Of a stretch of 64,000 nt of DNA, positions 12,369 through 25,577 are shown piece by piece. A program made the position numbers and the translations under genes. The stretch is from Neoconidiobolus thromboides FSU 785 (lineage: Eukaryota > Fungi > Entomophthoromycota), in the NCBI GenBank assembly GCA_025603075.1, contig MU626272.1:1-64000 (forward strand). The letters run 5' to 3'. Position 1 is the stretch's first letter, and each line of letters begins with the position of its first letter. Under the pieces are notes generated by a model. It made no database searches. It was not told the DNA's origin and was given only the letters and a program-made list of their open reading frames with translations.

Positions 12369-15300
12369 ATGGATAATAATAGAAATAATAATATGCCTTA
12401 TCAGCATATCCCTAACAACGGGAATCCTCAACATTATCCACAACAAAATCTATCTCAAAACAACCAACAAAATATGGCTTTCAATCAGCAACAACAGGTA
12501 CAAAACAATGCTTATCTTAACAATCAAATGAGCATGCATCCTGGAAACTTGGCCAATGATCCAAATGCCCAACTCAACTCAACAACCCAAAGTCCTAATG
12601 TAGCCCGACCCGACTTATCTTCTATCATACCGCATGTAACTCCAGACCAAATCAAGAGTATCTTCAATCGATTGACCGAATTAAAGGCTCAAGGTGCTCA
12701 TCAAACCCAAAGTCAAGAATACGTAAAGCTTTTAGAGTTTTTAAGGGCTTATTCCGCTTATAAAAATAAAGTCCAGGCTCAAGCTCAAGCTCAAGCTCAA
12801 CTTCAAGCTCAACCACAGGTTCAACAAGTTAGCTTACCAAACTTAGCAACTGGTAATAATGCTATTCCAAACTCAGTTACCGAAGGTTTGAATCCACATC
12901 AAATCGAACAATTGTCCAACCAAATAACTTCATATAAGTATTTATCTAAGAATCTACCAGTACCTACCGATGAGCTTGGCACTTTTGATTCTAAAACATT
13001 GGTACAACCAAATGTAACTCAACAGGATTTCGGTGCCAATCAAGTGCCTGCACGTATAGCAGCAACGATCATCAACAATCATCAGAATGGAAAACAGTTG
13101 GATCAAGCTACTAACCCAGAAACTAAAATTTTGGGTTATTTACCACCAAGTAATATCTTAAATAAACCACGTTCTCAGCTACAAAGATTACTTATACCTA
13201 GTTTAATGCCTACTGGTTTGGACCCTTATACTATTGCTCATGAGCGACAAGAGAGAATCAATACTCGTATTCGCAGTAGAATAGCTGAATTAGAATCTTT
13301 GCCATCAAATTTAAGTAATACCTCTATCATTGAGGATATTGACATCAATTTAGGACCAAAGGAGAAAGTAGCATCCGTTAAACTTAGAGCATTAATTGAA
13401 TTAAAAGGATTAAAGTTATCCGGACTTCAAAGAAGATTAAGAGAAAGAGTAATCCAAGGAATGTCCCAATCAACTACTTTGATCACTTCGCTTGATCGTA
13501 ATAGCTTTAGACGTATGAAGAGACAAACTTTAAAGGAAGCTAGATACACCGAAAAACTTGAACGCCAACAGAGAGCGGAAAGAGAAAAGAGAGAAAGACA
13601 AAAGCATTTGGATTTCTTAAGCGGTATTGTTAAACATGGTAAAGATATGTTACAATGGAATCGAGGACAACAAATTACACAGGGCAAAATTGGACGTATG
13701 GTATTACAATTTCATAGTCAGGTTGAAAAAGAGATTATCCGTGCTGATGAACGTAAAAAGAGAGAACGTATGGAAGCCCTTAAAGCTGGTGATGAACAAG
13801 CCTATATTGCTTTGATTGATAAAGAAAAAGATGTGCGTATTACTCAATTATTAGCTCAAACTGATGATTTCTTGAATACATTGGCTAACTCTGTAGTAGC
13901 TCAACAGACCGATGATGCCTATTATGGTGTTAACAAAGATATTACAGCACCACGTGACCCCAAAGAACAAGAGATCTTTGAGAATGCACAGGATGAGAGA
14001 TACTATTCAACTGCGCATCGTGTTAAAGAAGAAATCAAAGAACAATCGAGTAATTTGGTTGGTGGAACATTAAAGGATTATCAGCTTAAAGGGTTGGAAT
14101 GGATGGTTTCATTATATAACAATCGACTCAATGGTATCTTAGCAGATGAGATGGGGTTAGGAAAAACTATTCAAACGATTTCATTGGTAAGTTATTTGAT
14201 CGATGCTAAAAAACAGAATGGACCTTATTTGATTTTGGTACCTTTATCAACAATCCCTAATTGGAGTATGGAATTTGAGAAATGGGCTCCTTCAATTTCA
14301 AAAGTAGTTTATAAAGGAGATCCTAATGAAAGAAAAAGTATCCAAAGAGATTATATTAAACATCAAAATTTCCAAGTGTTAATTACTACATTTGAATATA
14401 TTATTAAAGATAAAGCCGTACTCGCTAAAATTAAATGGCTTCATATGATTATTGATGAAGGTCATCGTATGAAAAATGCTACTTCAAAATTGGCTATTAC
14501 TTTGAATCAATTTTACTCTACTAGATATCGTTTGATCTTAACTGGTACTCCTTTACAAGTAAGTAATAAATTTTTAGTTTGAGTCTATATATAGTAACTA
14601 TCTTTTTTTAGAATAATCTTCCAGAACTTTGGTCCTTGTTAAACTTTGTATTGCCAAGGATTTTCAACTCCGCTTCTACCTTTGATGAATGGTTTAATAG
14701 TCCATTTGCAAGTACTGGTACTGAAGGCAAAGAGCTTCTTAATGAAGAAGAAGTTATGTTGATCATTAAACGTTTACATAAGGTAAAAATATATATAAAA
14801 TAAATAACAAACTAAGTTAAAATATTATAGGTTTTACGTCCTTTCTTATTAAGAAGATTAAAGAAAGATGTTGAATCAGAGCTTCCAGATAAAGTAGAAA
14901 AGATTGTAAAATGTGAAATGTCTCTTGTTCAATCCAAAGTTTATAATCGTATTGCTTCAAAAGAATCCCTTGTACTTCAAGCTGATGGAAAGGGGTAATT
15001 ATTATTTATTTAGATTTCTAATTTAGTAATGTTTTTTAGTGCTCGTGTCACTTCAAGAAGTCTTAACAATACCATTATGCAGCTTAGAAAAGTATGTAAT
15101 CATCCATTTGTGTTTCGCGAGGTTGAAGATGAAATCAATCCAAGATATGAAAATGGAGAAATCCTTTATCGAGTCTCGGGTAAATTTGAACTTTTGGATC
15201 GTATTTTACCAAAGTTCTTCAAAACTGGACATAGAGTACTACTTTTATTTAGCTAAATTATAAACATTACTAATGCTACTTAGGTGTTAATCTTTTTCCA

Positions 15301-17230
15301 GATGACATCAATTATGACTATCTTTGAAGATTTTATGTTGACACGCGGTGTTAAGCCTTTACGCCTTGATGGTACTACTAAACAAGAAGAGCGTGCTGAA
15401 TATTTAAAATTGTTTAATGATCCAGAATCAGAATATAAGTTATTTATTTTAAGTACTAGAGCTGGTGGATTAGGACTAAATCTTCAGACTGCTGATACCG
15501 TTATCATCTTTGATTCTGATTGGTAAAAACTTATTATTTAATATAGCTAGCTACTAATATGGTTTTATAGGAACCCTCACCAGGATCTCCAAGCTCAAGA
15601 TCGTGCCCATCGTATTGGACAAAAGAAAGATGTGCTTATTTTACGTCTTATTATCTTAAATTCAGTAGAAGAAAAAATTCTTGAGCGTGCTCAGTTCAAA
15701 TTAGATATGGATGGTAAAGTCATTCAAGCTGGTAAATTTGATAATAAGAGTACAGCTATGGAACGTGAGGCTTTGCTGGTAAGTTTACTAATTTTATACA
15801 AGATTTTTTATTAATTGTTTTTATTAGCGAGCCTTAGTAAAGCAAAATGTTGCTGAAACTAACAATGATAAAGAAGCAGGTGAAGTATCAGATGATGATA
15901 GCGATGACTGTTATAAGTATGACAGAATGAAGAGTAAAAGCAGTAATTTAAGATTCAAAAAGCTTATGAAGAAGTATGAAGAATTGAATCGCGAGATTGC
16001 TAGAACTCCAGAAGAATTTAAAATATTCATGCAAATGGATTTAGATCGAGAAAATGAAAAAGAAAGACAATGGATTGAATCTGGTCGTACTGGCCCTATC
16101 CCAGAACGATTAATCCAGGAACACGAGCTACCAAAGAGCTTTTTAGCTGAAAAGAAGGAGATTATTTACGACGAGGAAGAAGTAGAAGTACTTGGTAGAG
16201 GTCGTAGAGCTAAAGGAATGGTCATTTATAACGATGGACTAACTGATGAGCAATTCGTCGAGGCTATTGAAAAGGAAGATGCTGACCTTGATCAAGTTAT
16301 TAAAGAAAAGAGGGACAAACGTTTGAGTCGACTCCATAAAAAGTTAAACAAAGCAGCAGGTTTAGACTCGCCTAACTCTACTCCCTCTTCCTTTCCTGTA
16401 GGTTCTGATGAGGGTAAGCTCAAAAGAAGAAGAAGGACACAACTCCAGCCTACTTCGGATGTAGATAGACCTAAACCCAACTCTTCAAGAGGCGGTAGAT
16501 ACGACCCACTTTCACCAGGGACCCGTGATCGCTTTACAGAACAAATGATGGACTGCATTAAAGCTATGGAAGATTTGAAGGATAAAGATAAGTAAGTGTC
16601 TTTTAAATTTGGTAGATTATAATATTAACATTATTAGCTTTGATCGGTCTGTCAGTTACTTGTTCAACAAGAAGCCTAGTAAAAAGGATTACCCAGATTA
16701 CTATGCTTTAATTAAAAGACCCATTTCATTATTTGAAATTAGAAAAAATATCAGAAACGCAGTGTACAATACACCAGAAGAATTAAAAGAAGATTGTGAT
16801 ACTATGTTTGGAAATGCACGTATTTATAATGAAGAGGGGTCCATGGTATATGATGATGCAAACAAACTTGAGGTAAATAAATTCTCAAAAACAATACTTA
16901 AATATTTATACCATTTTTAGAAAGCCTTTTATAGTGAATATAACAAACATTTTAATAATGGTAGGTTATATATATGTATATATTGAAATTTTTTTAATAA
17001 TTTTATCACTAGGAGCATCCGATGAAGCATCAAGTAAAAAAGCAAAAACTCAAGCATATGAAACGGAGGTATATCAGAATGAAACCGAAGTATATCAGAA
17101 TGAAATGGAGCAGTCACTTTCACCTACCCCCGGGCCAGAAGCTGATAACATAGTTGATTTTACCTCTTCATCTTCTTCCTTGGCTAATTCTCCAAAACGT
17201 TATCAAGTTAATACTGATACTTCTGAATAA
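12369..17230 (+). CDS. SNF2: SWI/SNF-RSC ATPase of the Snf2/Sth1/BRG1 type (QLQ, HSA, ATPase, SnAC, bromodomain), multi-exon
   Basis: [15 protein letters not shown] (QLQ), [59 protein letters not shown] and bromodomain [11 protein letters not shown]...MFGNARIYN. Confidence 0.95.
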
Positions 17231-17510
17231 GCTAAGCCTGTTCGATCTATATTAATTTTGATCCTAAAATTTGTTTAATTATATTGTAGCCTCTCTTTTA
17301 TCTTAATCTAAAATTGCTTTTAAAAAGCGGAATTTCAGAAAATTCACATGCAATAAAACATTCAATATGCTATTTTAAAATATTGGATTTTTTGTGGTAA
17401 AATTTTAATTTTAATTGAATTTAGCTCTTTTTCAACTTATGAAACAAGGGAATAAAAATTAACGTCACATATTTTATATTTTATTTCTTTATTTATAAAC
17501 AAATTTTACA

Positions 17511-18620
17511 ATGACAACCCCAACAATTCTAAACTTAAAAGTAAAAGAATTAAAGAGTTTAGAAACCAAACTAAAGTCCCTATCTACTAACAAACCTTTG
17601 ATTACCGCATCCCCATTAATCAGCGTCAAAGAAGCATTAAGGTTGATGGCAATCAATGATATCTTATGTTTACCTATTCAGTCACATAACAATAGCGAAA
17701 AAGTGGTTAATCTGGTAAATTTATTAGATATTTTAATCTATCTTGTCTCTGGGGTAGAAAAAGTAGTACCAATCGTATCAAAAAATAGAACAACGTTACA
17801 CAGTGGTAATGATTTACCCCAAGCATGTTATCAAAAGATGAGTTCAACAATTGAACAAGTGATGACATTAGATAACAGCAGGGAAAGCTATAGGCTATGT
17901 ACATGCGATTTGGAGGATTATCTTTATGATGTAAGGTTGATTTTATTAAGTTTCTAACAATTAATAAACCATTTTAGGTTGTTAAAACGTTTTCTTCAGG
18001 TATCCATCGAGCTGTAGTTTTGAAAAATGATAAACCTTTTTATATCATTACTCAGATGGATATATTAAGACATCTTTATTCAGATATATCACTTTTACCA
18101 AAGAATATTGATTATAAAAGCAGTTTAGAACAGCTTGGGCTAGCTAAAGTGAAGGAAATGACTTTAGTTAAAAAGTCGACTATTGCTCTCAACGCTTATC
18201 AGTTAATGGCTACAAATAAGTTTACCTCGATTGTTGTAGTTGATGAGTAAGTTTATAGGTGAACAATTATAATAAAAATTTACCGTTTATTTAGAGAAAC
18301 TGGACAGCTTTTAAGTAATTTATCAGCCTCTTCATTGCGGGGTATCTCTCAACCTACTTTGGAAAGTTTACTATTACCAGTACAGGAGTTTATGAAGGTA
18401 TATAAAAATATTTATAATAACAACTTTTTTTAACGTATACAAATGTTAGAAATCTCTAAGAGGAATAAGGCCTTTAGTTTATGGTGAGCCTAGTATGAGT
18501 TTCGAAGAAGCAATTAAAAAAATGGTAGAGATGAATGTGCACCATTTATGGCTTGTTGATGAAAATCAAAAACCTTACTCTACCGTTTCGCCCTACGATA
18601 TTTTTAAGTTATTTTTTTAA
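17511..18620 (+). CDS. CBS-domain protein (Sds23/AMPK-gamma-like), multi-exon
   Basis: Repeated CBS elements: EALRLMAINDILCLPI, SGIHRAVV..ITQMDILRHL, GQLLSNLSASSLRG and MVEMNVHHLWLVD. Confidence 0.8.
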
Positions 18621-18981
18621 TAAATGCTTTTAAGATATTAGATGCTATGGTCTTATTTTTGTTTATTTCTTGGATCTATTATTTAAGTTGTTCTTTGTTT
18701 AGTGGTAAATAAGCCAAGGATTTTTACAATATAATCTGAAGATTCCTTATAATGATCATAGTTTTATAGCCATTGTTGTTTAAGAATGACTAAACTATAA
18801 AATAGTAGCAAACGTATATTGCAATGAGTTATAAATCCATTTTAGAAAATAAAGTTGTATAAACACATTTTAAAAAACTCACTCTAAAAACATAGCTCCA
18901 AAATTTATGCTTGAAAACTCTAATTCTCAACCCATTTTCGATTTATTAATTTACCCAGCTTAACAATTTTTATTTAACTAG

Positions 18982-19583
18982 ATGGGCCGCCGTAACGTAA
19001 CGAAAAACTTATTAGAGCAAGAGATAGAATTAGAGAAAGGAGACATAATAGCACGAGTTATTGAACCAAGAGGAAAAAACTTACATTTGATAGAATACGC
19101 TATTGAGCTAGTAAATCCAAAAGATAAAACCGAAGCAAAATCAGAGAATGAGTTTGAAAGTACACTATGTCAATTGCCAACCAAGTTTCGTAATATGGTA
19201 TGGGTAAAAAGAGGTTAGTTTTGATATTAATTCATGCTTTAAAATGAAATGAAATTTAATTAAATAATAGGAAGTTATGTTGTCATTAACCTTTATGAAG
19301 AAAAAGATGGGAAAGGCTTAACGGAGGGCAAAGTAGGAGGTAGTATTAAAGAAGTTTTATTTCCATATCATATTAAAAGATTAAAAATCAAACAACAATG
19401 GTAAATATTCCTTGACTACACTCAAGTTAGTCTCATAGATTCATTTATATTACTTTATTTAGGCCAGAAGTTTATGATAATGAAGCAGAAGAAAAAGATG
19501 AAGATGAAGATGAAGACATACCATTAGGAAACCCTAATCGTCGTATAGAAGAAGAGGATATTTCATCTTCGGATGAGGAATAG
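18982..19583 (+). CDS. EIF1AD: EIF1AD (eIF1A-domain RNA-binding protein), 3 exons
   Basis: IARVIEPRGKNLH...QLPTKFRNMVWVKRGSYVVI, with an acidic tail containing NPNR. Confidence 0.85.
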
Positions 19584-20738
19584 TTTGTTTTGCCAAAATA
19601 GGGTATAGAAATCAAATATTTATAAATAGTAAAAGCTTGATTAATTAAAAGTGGTTAATAAGAAAATTGTTTTGTTACTTGTTTTTAAGTTAAAGTTTAA
19701 TCATTCTATTGAGACTTAAAAAGAAACTCTGATAAAAAAAATAGTATTATATTGAGTTTATTGGTTTTATTATGGCTATTTCAGAACACTTTAACTGACT
19801 TTAAGTTACCATATGTCCATGATTTAACATGGCTTTTGAAGCATCGTAAAATTAAAATGTAATAATAATAAAATATTTTAAATAATACTTATGTCTAGTG
19901 CTTTTAGTAGCATTGCAAAAAGTTACCTTTTTTTGGTTTTTAGTTATTTGGCTTTACTTCTCACCTTAAATTATTATAACATTGAATATCTTGAATATAT
20001 GATTCAACTATTACAGCTAACATTAATAATACAGACCAGTCTCCTGCTTTATTTGTAATAATTTATTTATTAAATTAACCTTATAAATTCAATGATAACC
20101 TAAATGCTAAAATTCGGGCCAAATTTTATCTTGTAATAAGGCTTGGTAAATTAAAATGCCAACTTTTACAGCTATTACAGCTCTTTTGCGACTTTTTAGT
20201 GATAATTTTTATGATCAAATTATTTGTGCTGCCAATTCTCAAGGCTTAAGCTTATACCTTTATTAAATTTAAACGTGATTTACTTCCTTAAATGAACCAA
20301 TAACTAATCCACAAAAGAGTTGCAACAATCGTAAATTCAACCGTAACTTTTAAATTAAATTTTGTTAGCCTGACAATTTTCTAGTTGCCCAGATGGAATG
20401 ATGATCAAAAAAATTAGTATTTTGAAATTCAGTTCCTTCTCATTGGGTAAACACATAAAAATTATCTCATAACAATGCTTAAATTTAACTTTTTCCCTTT
20501 TTTTATTAACAATTTTTAAAATGATAATGATTATGAATTATAAATGGAAAGATAAAATTCCTTCTTTCTCTCCTCCTTACTCACGCTTGCTATGATTAGA
20601 ACTAATATTAAGACCTGGGCTTAAATGTTTATACAACGATTAACAACAAAACAATAAAAATACTCTTGGAAAAAAGTTGAAATTTTTAAAAATAGATGTT
20701 ACATCTAAATCTAAATGTCATTTTCTATTTGTCTTATA

Positions 20739-23183
20739 TTATGAGTCTGTTGGTGTTTCTTGGGATGTATCTCCATATGATCGCGGTTCGACCCCTGTTC
20801 CACTTGAGGTAGCTCCAGACGACGATTTTACATCTATACTACTTTAGTATTTATTCTGCTTAAACTACAGTTAAAACTCACTTCTGAAACACCCGTTGCA
20901 CAGTATATTTCCATTCTTTGGATCCTTGTTGATTTCTACGAGCCCTTTCTCTTGACACCCAGAGCATTTGCCCTTAATTATACCCTATAACTTTTGTATT
21001 AGCAATTAATTGTAAGTATCAATTTTTTAACATACTTTTTTTTCGCCTAGCTGCCTTTCCAGAATTTCAATTTCCTCTTGAAGCTTCTTATTTTCTAAAC
21101 ACAGTTGATTGAGCTCAAACTGCCACGTTGTATTTTTTCTTACATCAAGGAAATCGAACATATTGTCGTACTCAGAAGCCGCTCTTACAGTACAAGGTGA
21201 TGGTGCTGATGATGAGGAAAACGAAGCATCCGAGCCTGAATCTGGTATACTCTTTTTGTCTAATATACGCGTTTGACACAGTATAAAGCTGGGTTTACCA
21301 TTTAAAGATGAATTCCCAGGATAAAAATTCGAAACTAAATCAATAAATTGGCCTTTTTTGTCCTTAAAGAAATGTCTCAGCCTAACCGTTACCCTGTCTC
21401 GAGATTGATGAAGTGCTCTGGTAAGTGCAGTCGTGCGATCTTCTCGCATATAGTAATACATTGAATTTCCAGTCAATTCATCAGCCGAATAACCAGTTAC
21501 TTTTTTTGAGCTGTATGTAACATAAAGATAAAGGCCATCAAGAGAGAGTTTTGACCAAAATTCATCTGATTCAATGCCCCCACAAGCAGTAAGAGCTTCA
21601 TGTGAGAGTTGATAAACTGGACGAACACGAGCACTTAAGACTATGCATTTGCGCCCTTTACCATTATCGTTATGTACACCACCTACACTTTCGATCCAAA
21701 CCAGACTTCCGTCCTTACGTTCGGCTCTATGAACTAAACAAAATTTTCCAGAAGATGCTCCGATTTCTTTAAGCTCTCTTACTAAAGGAACTAAGTCACT
21801 AGAATGACTAACCTTAGAAACTGAGTAGCCGATGAGCTCTTCTGGTGAAAAGCCTAATATTTCTTGACAACTTGGGGATGCGTATAGAAATACCCCCTTT
21901 ATAGTTAAGGCATAGATCATATCATCAGCATGTTCGATAAGCATACGATTCCATGTTCGATGAGACTCTTCATCTCTTGGTTTACCGACTATTGACTCAT
22001 AAGCATCTGCAGCCTTTTCGAAGGAGCTTGAATAAGGTGTTCCAGGGAAGAAATCATCCATTCCTTGAAAAATTAGAATTATAGGGATTATATATATATA
22101 TAAATACCTGCTGTAAGGTAATTAGGTATCTTTAGCATTCCATAATTAACTTTGTAAGTGCCATCTATAAGAGAATCAACCAAAATATTCTAAAAATAAT
22201 ATTTCTATACCTTTCATTTTCTGTAGTAAAGCACCCGGCTGTTCGACTAAATCCTATTTCAAATTTAGCATCTTATTTTGTCATATTATTAATCTAACTT
22301 ACAACTTGAAACCCTACATAATAAACTACTTCAGAGTTTTCAAAGATTGGAATAATAGTGAGTAAATTGATAAATGGTTGTCCATTCTTTTTGTAGTTAA
22401 CTAAGGAAGACTGGTGTTCTTTTCCTTCTACCACATGTGTTTTAATTCGATGAATGACAGTATTATCTGTATATCTCCTTCTAGACCCCAAAGACACGTG
22501 ACCATCGGGTGCTTGTAAAAATCGACAATTTCTACCAATGATTTCTGAAGACAAATATCCAGTTAATTTCTCAAAAGCTTGACTAGCGTAAATGATAGGA
22601 AAATCATATTTATGAGCATCTACAACAACGAAAGAAGAGCCCATGTCAATTGGACCTAACTCAATTCTAGGTGAAGGGCGGTTATAAATTTTAGCCATAA
22701 TAGCTAAAATATCAAATCCTGTTGAAGAATAAATACCAGAGTAAACAATGTCTTTGTAACCGGAGTTAGAATTATCTGAACTGGTACGAGAATTATCCGA
22801 AGTACATGAAGATTTATTTAGTAATTCTTGACCACCTGGTCCGAAAGGTGGTCCAAAAGAAGAGGCAGGCAACCCAGCTAAAGTGTTGAGATTGTTTAAG
22901 TTTTCAATTCCTGAGTTTATTCTAGTACTGCTAAAACCAACATTCGAATCATATGGTACCATTCTTGCACTAGATGGTGTAGAATCTGAACCACTTGGTA
23001 TGTTTGGACTATAAAACAAAGCTTAAAAATTGAACGTATTTGAGTGATAATAATAAGTATAGTGATATAAGGCTGAAATACTTACTGGAGATGGCTTTGT
23101 TGGCTATGAGGCCTTTTGTTGTTGTTTGACATAGTTGCGTTCTTATTTAACTGCTCTTTATCAGATGAACTATTACTGACCAT
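20739..23183 (-). CDS. wc-1: White collar-1/MadA-type blue-light receptor (LOV, two PAS domains, degenerate GATA finger), multi-exon
   Basis: LOV motif IIGRNCRFLQAPDG with the photoactive Cys, VNYKKNGQPFINLLTIIP..VGFQVDL, two PAS domains and a WQFELNQL coiled coil; spliced 3' exons give CSGC-x18-CNGC. Confidence 0.93.
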
Positions 23184-24648
23184 CCTGGTTATTTATATTA
23201 ATAAAGCAGTTTTTGTTTATTGAAGCAATAGCTTTCTGCTAAGGTAGTTAGCAACAATTAAGGATAAAATGGATTTGTAGTAAGTTTAAGTATTGGCTAT
23301 TCAATTGATTATATTGAAATAAATTAAAAGTATTACGATTTTTCAGAAATAAAACTAAACTCTAATTCATAAAAACCAAAGTTTTAAACAAAGTAATAGT
23401 TATGTATGCTTTGAATTCCACTTTTTAAATGATCTGAAATCTATGATTTAAGCTTAGATTTGGAAATAAATTGGTCCTAAATTTAAATAGAATAAACCAT
23501 CTATGTTTTCACGGATCCTAGTGACTAAAAATAGTAAGACCCTAGTAAACCATAATTATACAAATGAAAATATAGATAAATGGTAACAATTGATATTAAA
23601 TTAGAATTTCAATATTTATATATGTAATATATTATAATCCTTATTATATTAATAATAATATGTTTTATTATTTACTATAATACTAATACATGAATAAAAT
23701 AAATTTAATGAATAGCTTGTTAAAATAAACAAAACATGAAACTACATCCAATTAATTTAGTAGTTTTAATTTACTTAAACATGATAGGATCTTTTTTTAT
23801 GAGGCAGTTTTAAAGCAATAAATCAAACTTTAGAAACTTCTAGAAATCGCAGATGATATGCTGCCTCCTTGTTAAAATTGACCTCTTTGCTCAACCCCTA
23901 AAGCTTTTTAATTAACTGAAATTGCATTATAAAAGTACCAATATTACCAACTTTAATGAGTTTTCAATCTGAAAATTATAGTAATCTCGATGTATCTCAA
24001 CAGCTTAATCATTACTTAACATAATTAAAAATAGCCCAATAATAGTGTCAAACAGACAAATACCATAAAAAGCTCCTTTTTTAACAGGTTGAATTGCTTT
24101 AAGAACTAAGTAAAAAAATAATAATAAATTGCTCAAAATCGAGATCTGACTAACAAATCTAACATTTGTAAAATCTTTAATTCAAAGATGATTTCATCAA
24201 ATAGTCATTCCAATTTCAAGGCTCAGTTATATATTCAAATTGAAGTTAAAAAGTATTATGATTCTGTTTATTTGATTTAAAATGACAACTTTATGCTTGT
24301 TAGCTAAGAGTATTACTTTATGATATTTAATTTGACTATCTACTAAATACGAAGTTGATTTCCCAAACATATTTAATATAACTTAATTAGAAACACAAAG
24401 TATATAAAGCGATAACAACTAAACCTACCAACTTTTTAAATTATTCCACTGATTTTGAAAATAATTGACTTTATGGGTTAATTTTTGTAATTTTGTTTGA
24501 TATAATACTTTAGTAAAGTAGTTTTCTAGTGTTAAAACAAAACAACAGTTAGGTATTTTTATAGAGTATGATTAAATTAATATTCTGCTTTTATTTAAAC
24601 TTTATATAAAATTTTTTGGCTTAATTTTATTATAATATTTAAAGAAAT

Positions 24649-24745
24649 GAAGACGTTTTTTTGGTTTCATTATCTTTCCATTTTCTAAGCACTGTTTGAG
24701 TGAAAAGATTGTTAGTGAGATTCTTGAACAAAAAAATACATTTCC
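24649..24745 (-). mobile_element. MITE copy C, Sola-like
   Basis: GAAGACGTTT...ATACATTTCC with flanks AAAT/ATAT; internal sequence matches the family. Confidence 0.75.
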
Positions 24746-25251
24746 ATATAGTTGCTATTAAATTTAGATATAAAATATTAGTAAAAACAATGGTAACAAA
24801 ATTGATAAGTTAGACTGTAGAAATGTATAGTATATAAAAAGCTCTTTTTCCTAAATATGTTCAGTGTGTAAATATTGAAAATTCAATTCTTAAAAATGTA
24901 AAATAATTAGCATTTTTTATTTAAATTATTATTTTTATTTATAATTTTGTCTTTTTTAGACTTGAAGATAAAAATCTACTGTGTTCTGTTAAATATAAAA
25001 GACTCAACTCTTAAAATTTGGGGATATAAAGCTCAAATATAAGTATTTTGATTCAAGTGTATCTCATTTTGTATCAAAATGAGTTATATTTCATGGGTCT
25101 AATTACATTTCATATAACCATCCAGACAAGAATCATTATGCTAAGAATCTCATGTGAAAGGAATAACTACCCCAGAGCTTGTTTGTTTTCCTTTTCATTT
25201 ATAATTAAATTATTGTCTTCCAATCACATTTTTGTCAATATATGAGGATAT

Positions 25252-25347
25252 GAGGATGTATCTTTTTGTTTGAGAATTTTATTAGCAGTTTTTCCCTTAG
25301 ATAACGCTAAAAAAGAGAAAAAGCAATGAAACCAAAAAAACATCCTC
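25252..25347 (+). mobile_element. MITE copy D, Sola-like
   Basis: GAGGATGTA...ACATCCTC with an ATAT/ATAT TSD; left terminus duplicated (atatgagg-atatgaggatgta). Confidence 0.85.
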
Positions 25348-25483
25348 ATATGACCAATTAAATTTAAAGCTTAAAATTAAATAAGAGAATTTAAAAGATT
25401 TGTTTTATTGTTTTATTTTTTATTAAAATAAAAACAAAATACAGGCTTTTATAATTACTTGGAATTTTTAAAATTCTTAATTT

Positions 25484-25577
25484 GGGGATGTTCTTGATTT
25501 TATTATTTTTTTCATTTTTTAAGTATTATTCAAGGGAAAAACTGTTAGTAAAATTCTTAAACAAAACATACATTCTT
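25484..25577 (-). mobile_element. MITE copy E, Sola-like, diverged
   Basis: GGGGATGTT...ATACATTCTT with flanks ATTT/ATAT. Confidence 0.7.

Noticed and set aside
17058-17105. 21-bp tandem duplication in the last Snf2 exon (ETEVYQN twice)
   Set aside because: An ordinary slippage duplication in a disordered tail.
20762-20778. GGGATGTATCTCCATAT resembling fused MITE ends inside wc-1
   Set aside because: No internal MITE sequence, and it encodes ordinary residues (YGDTSQ) on the other strand; likely coincidence.
20785-20797. GGTTCGACCCCTG as a tRNA T-loop
   Set aside because: No D-arm or acceptor stem can be formed, and it lies in the last coding exon of wc-1.
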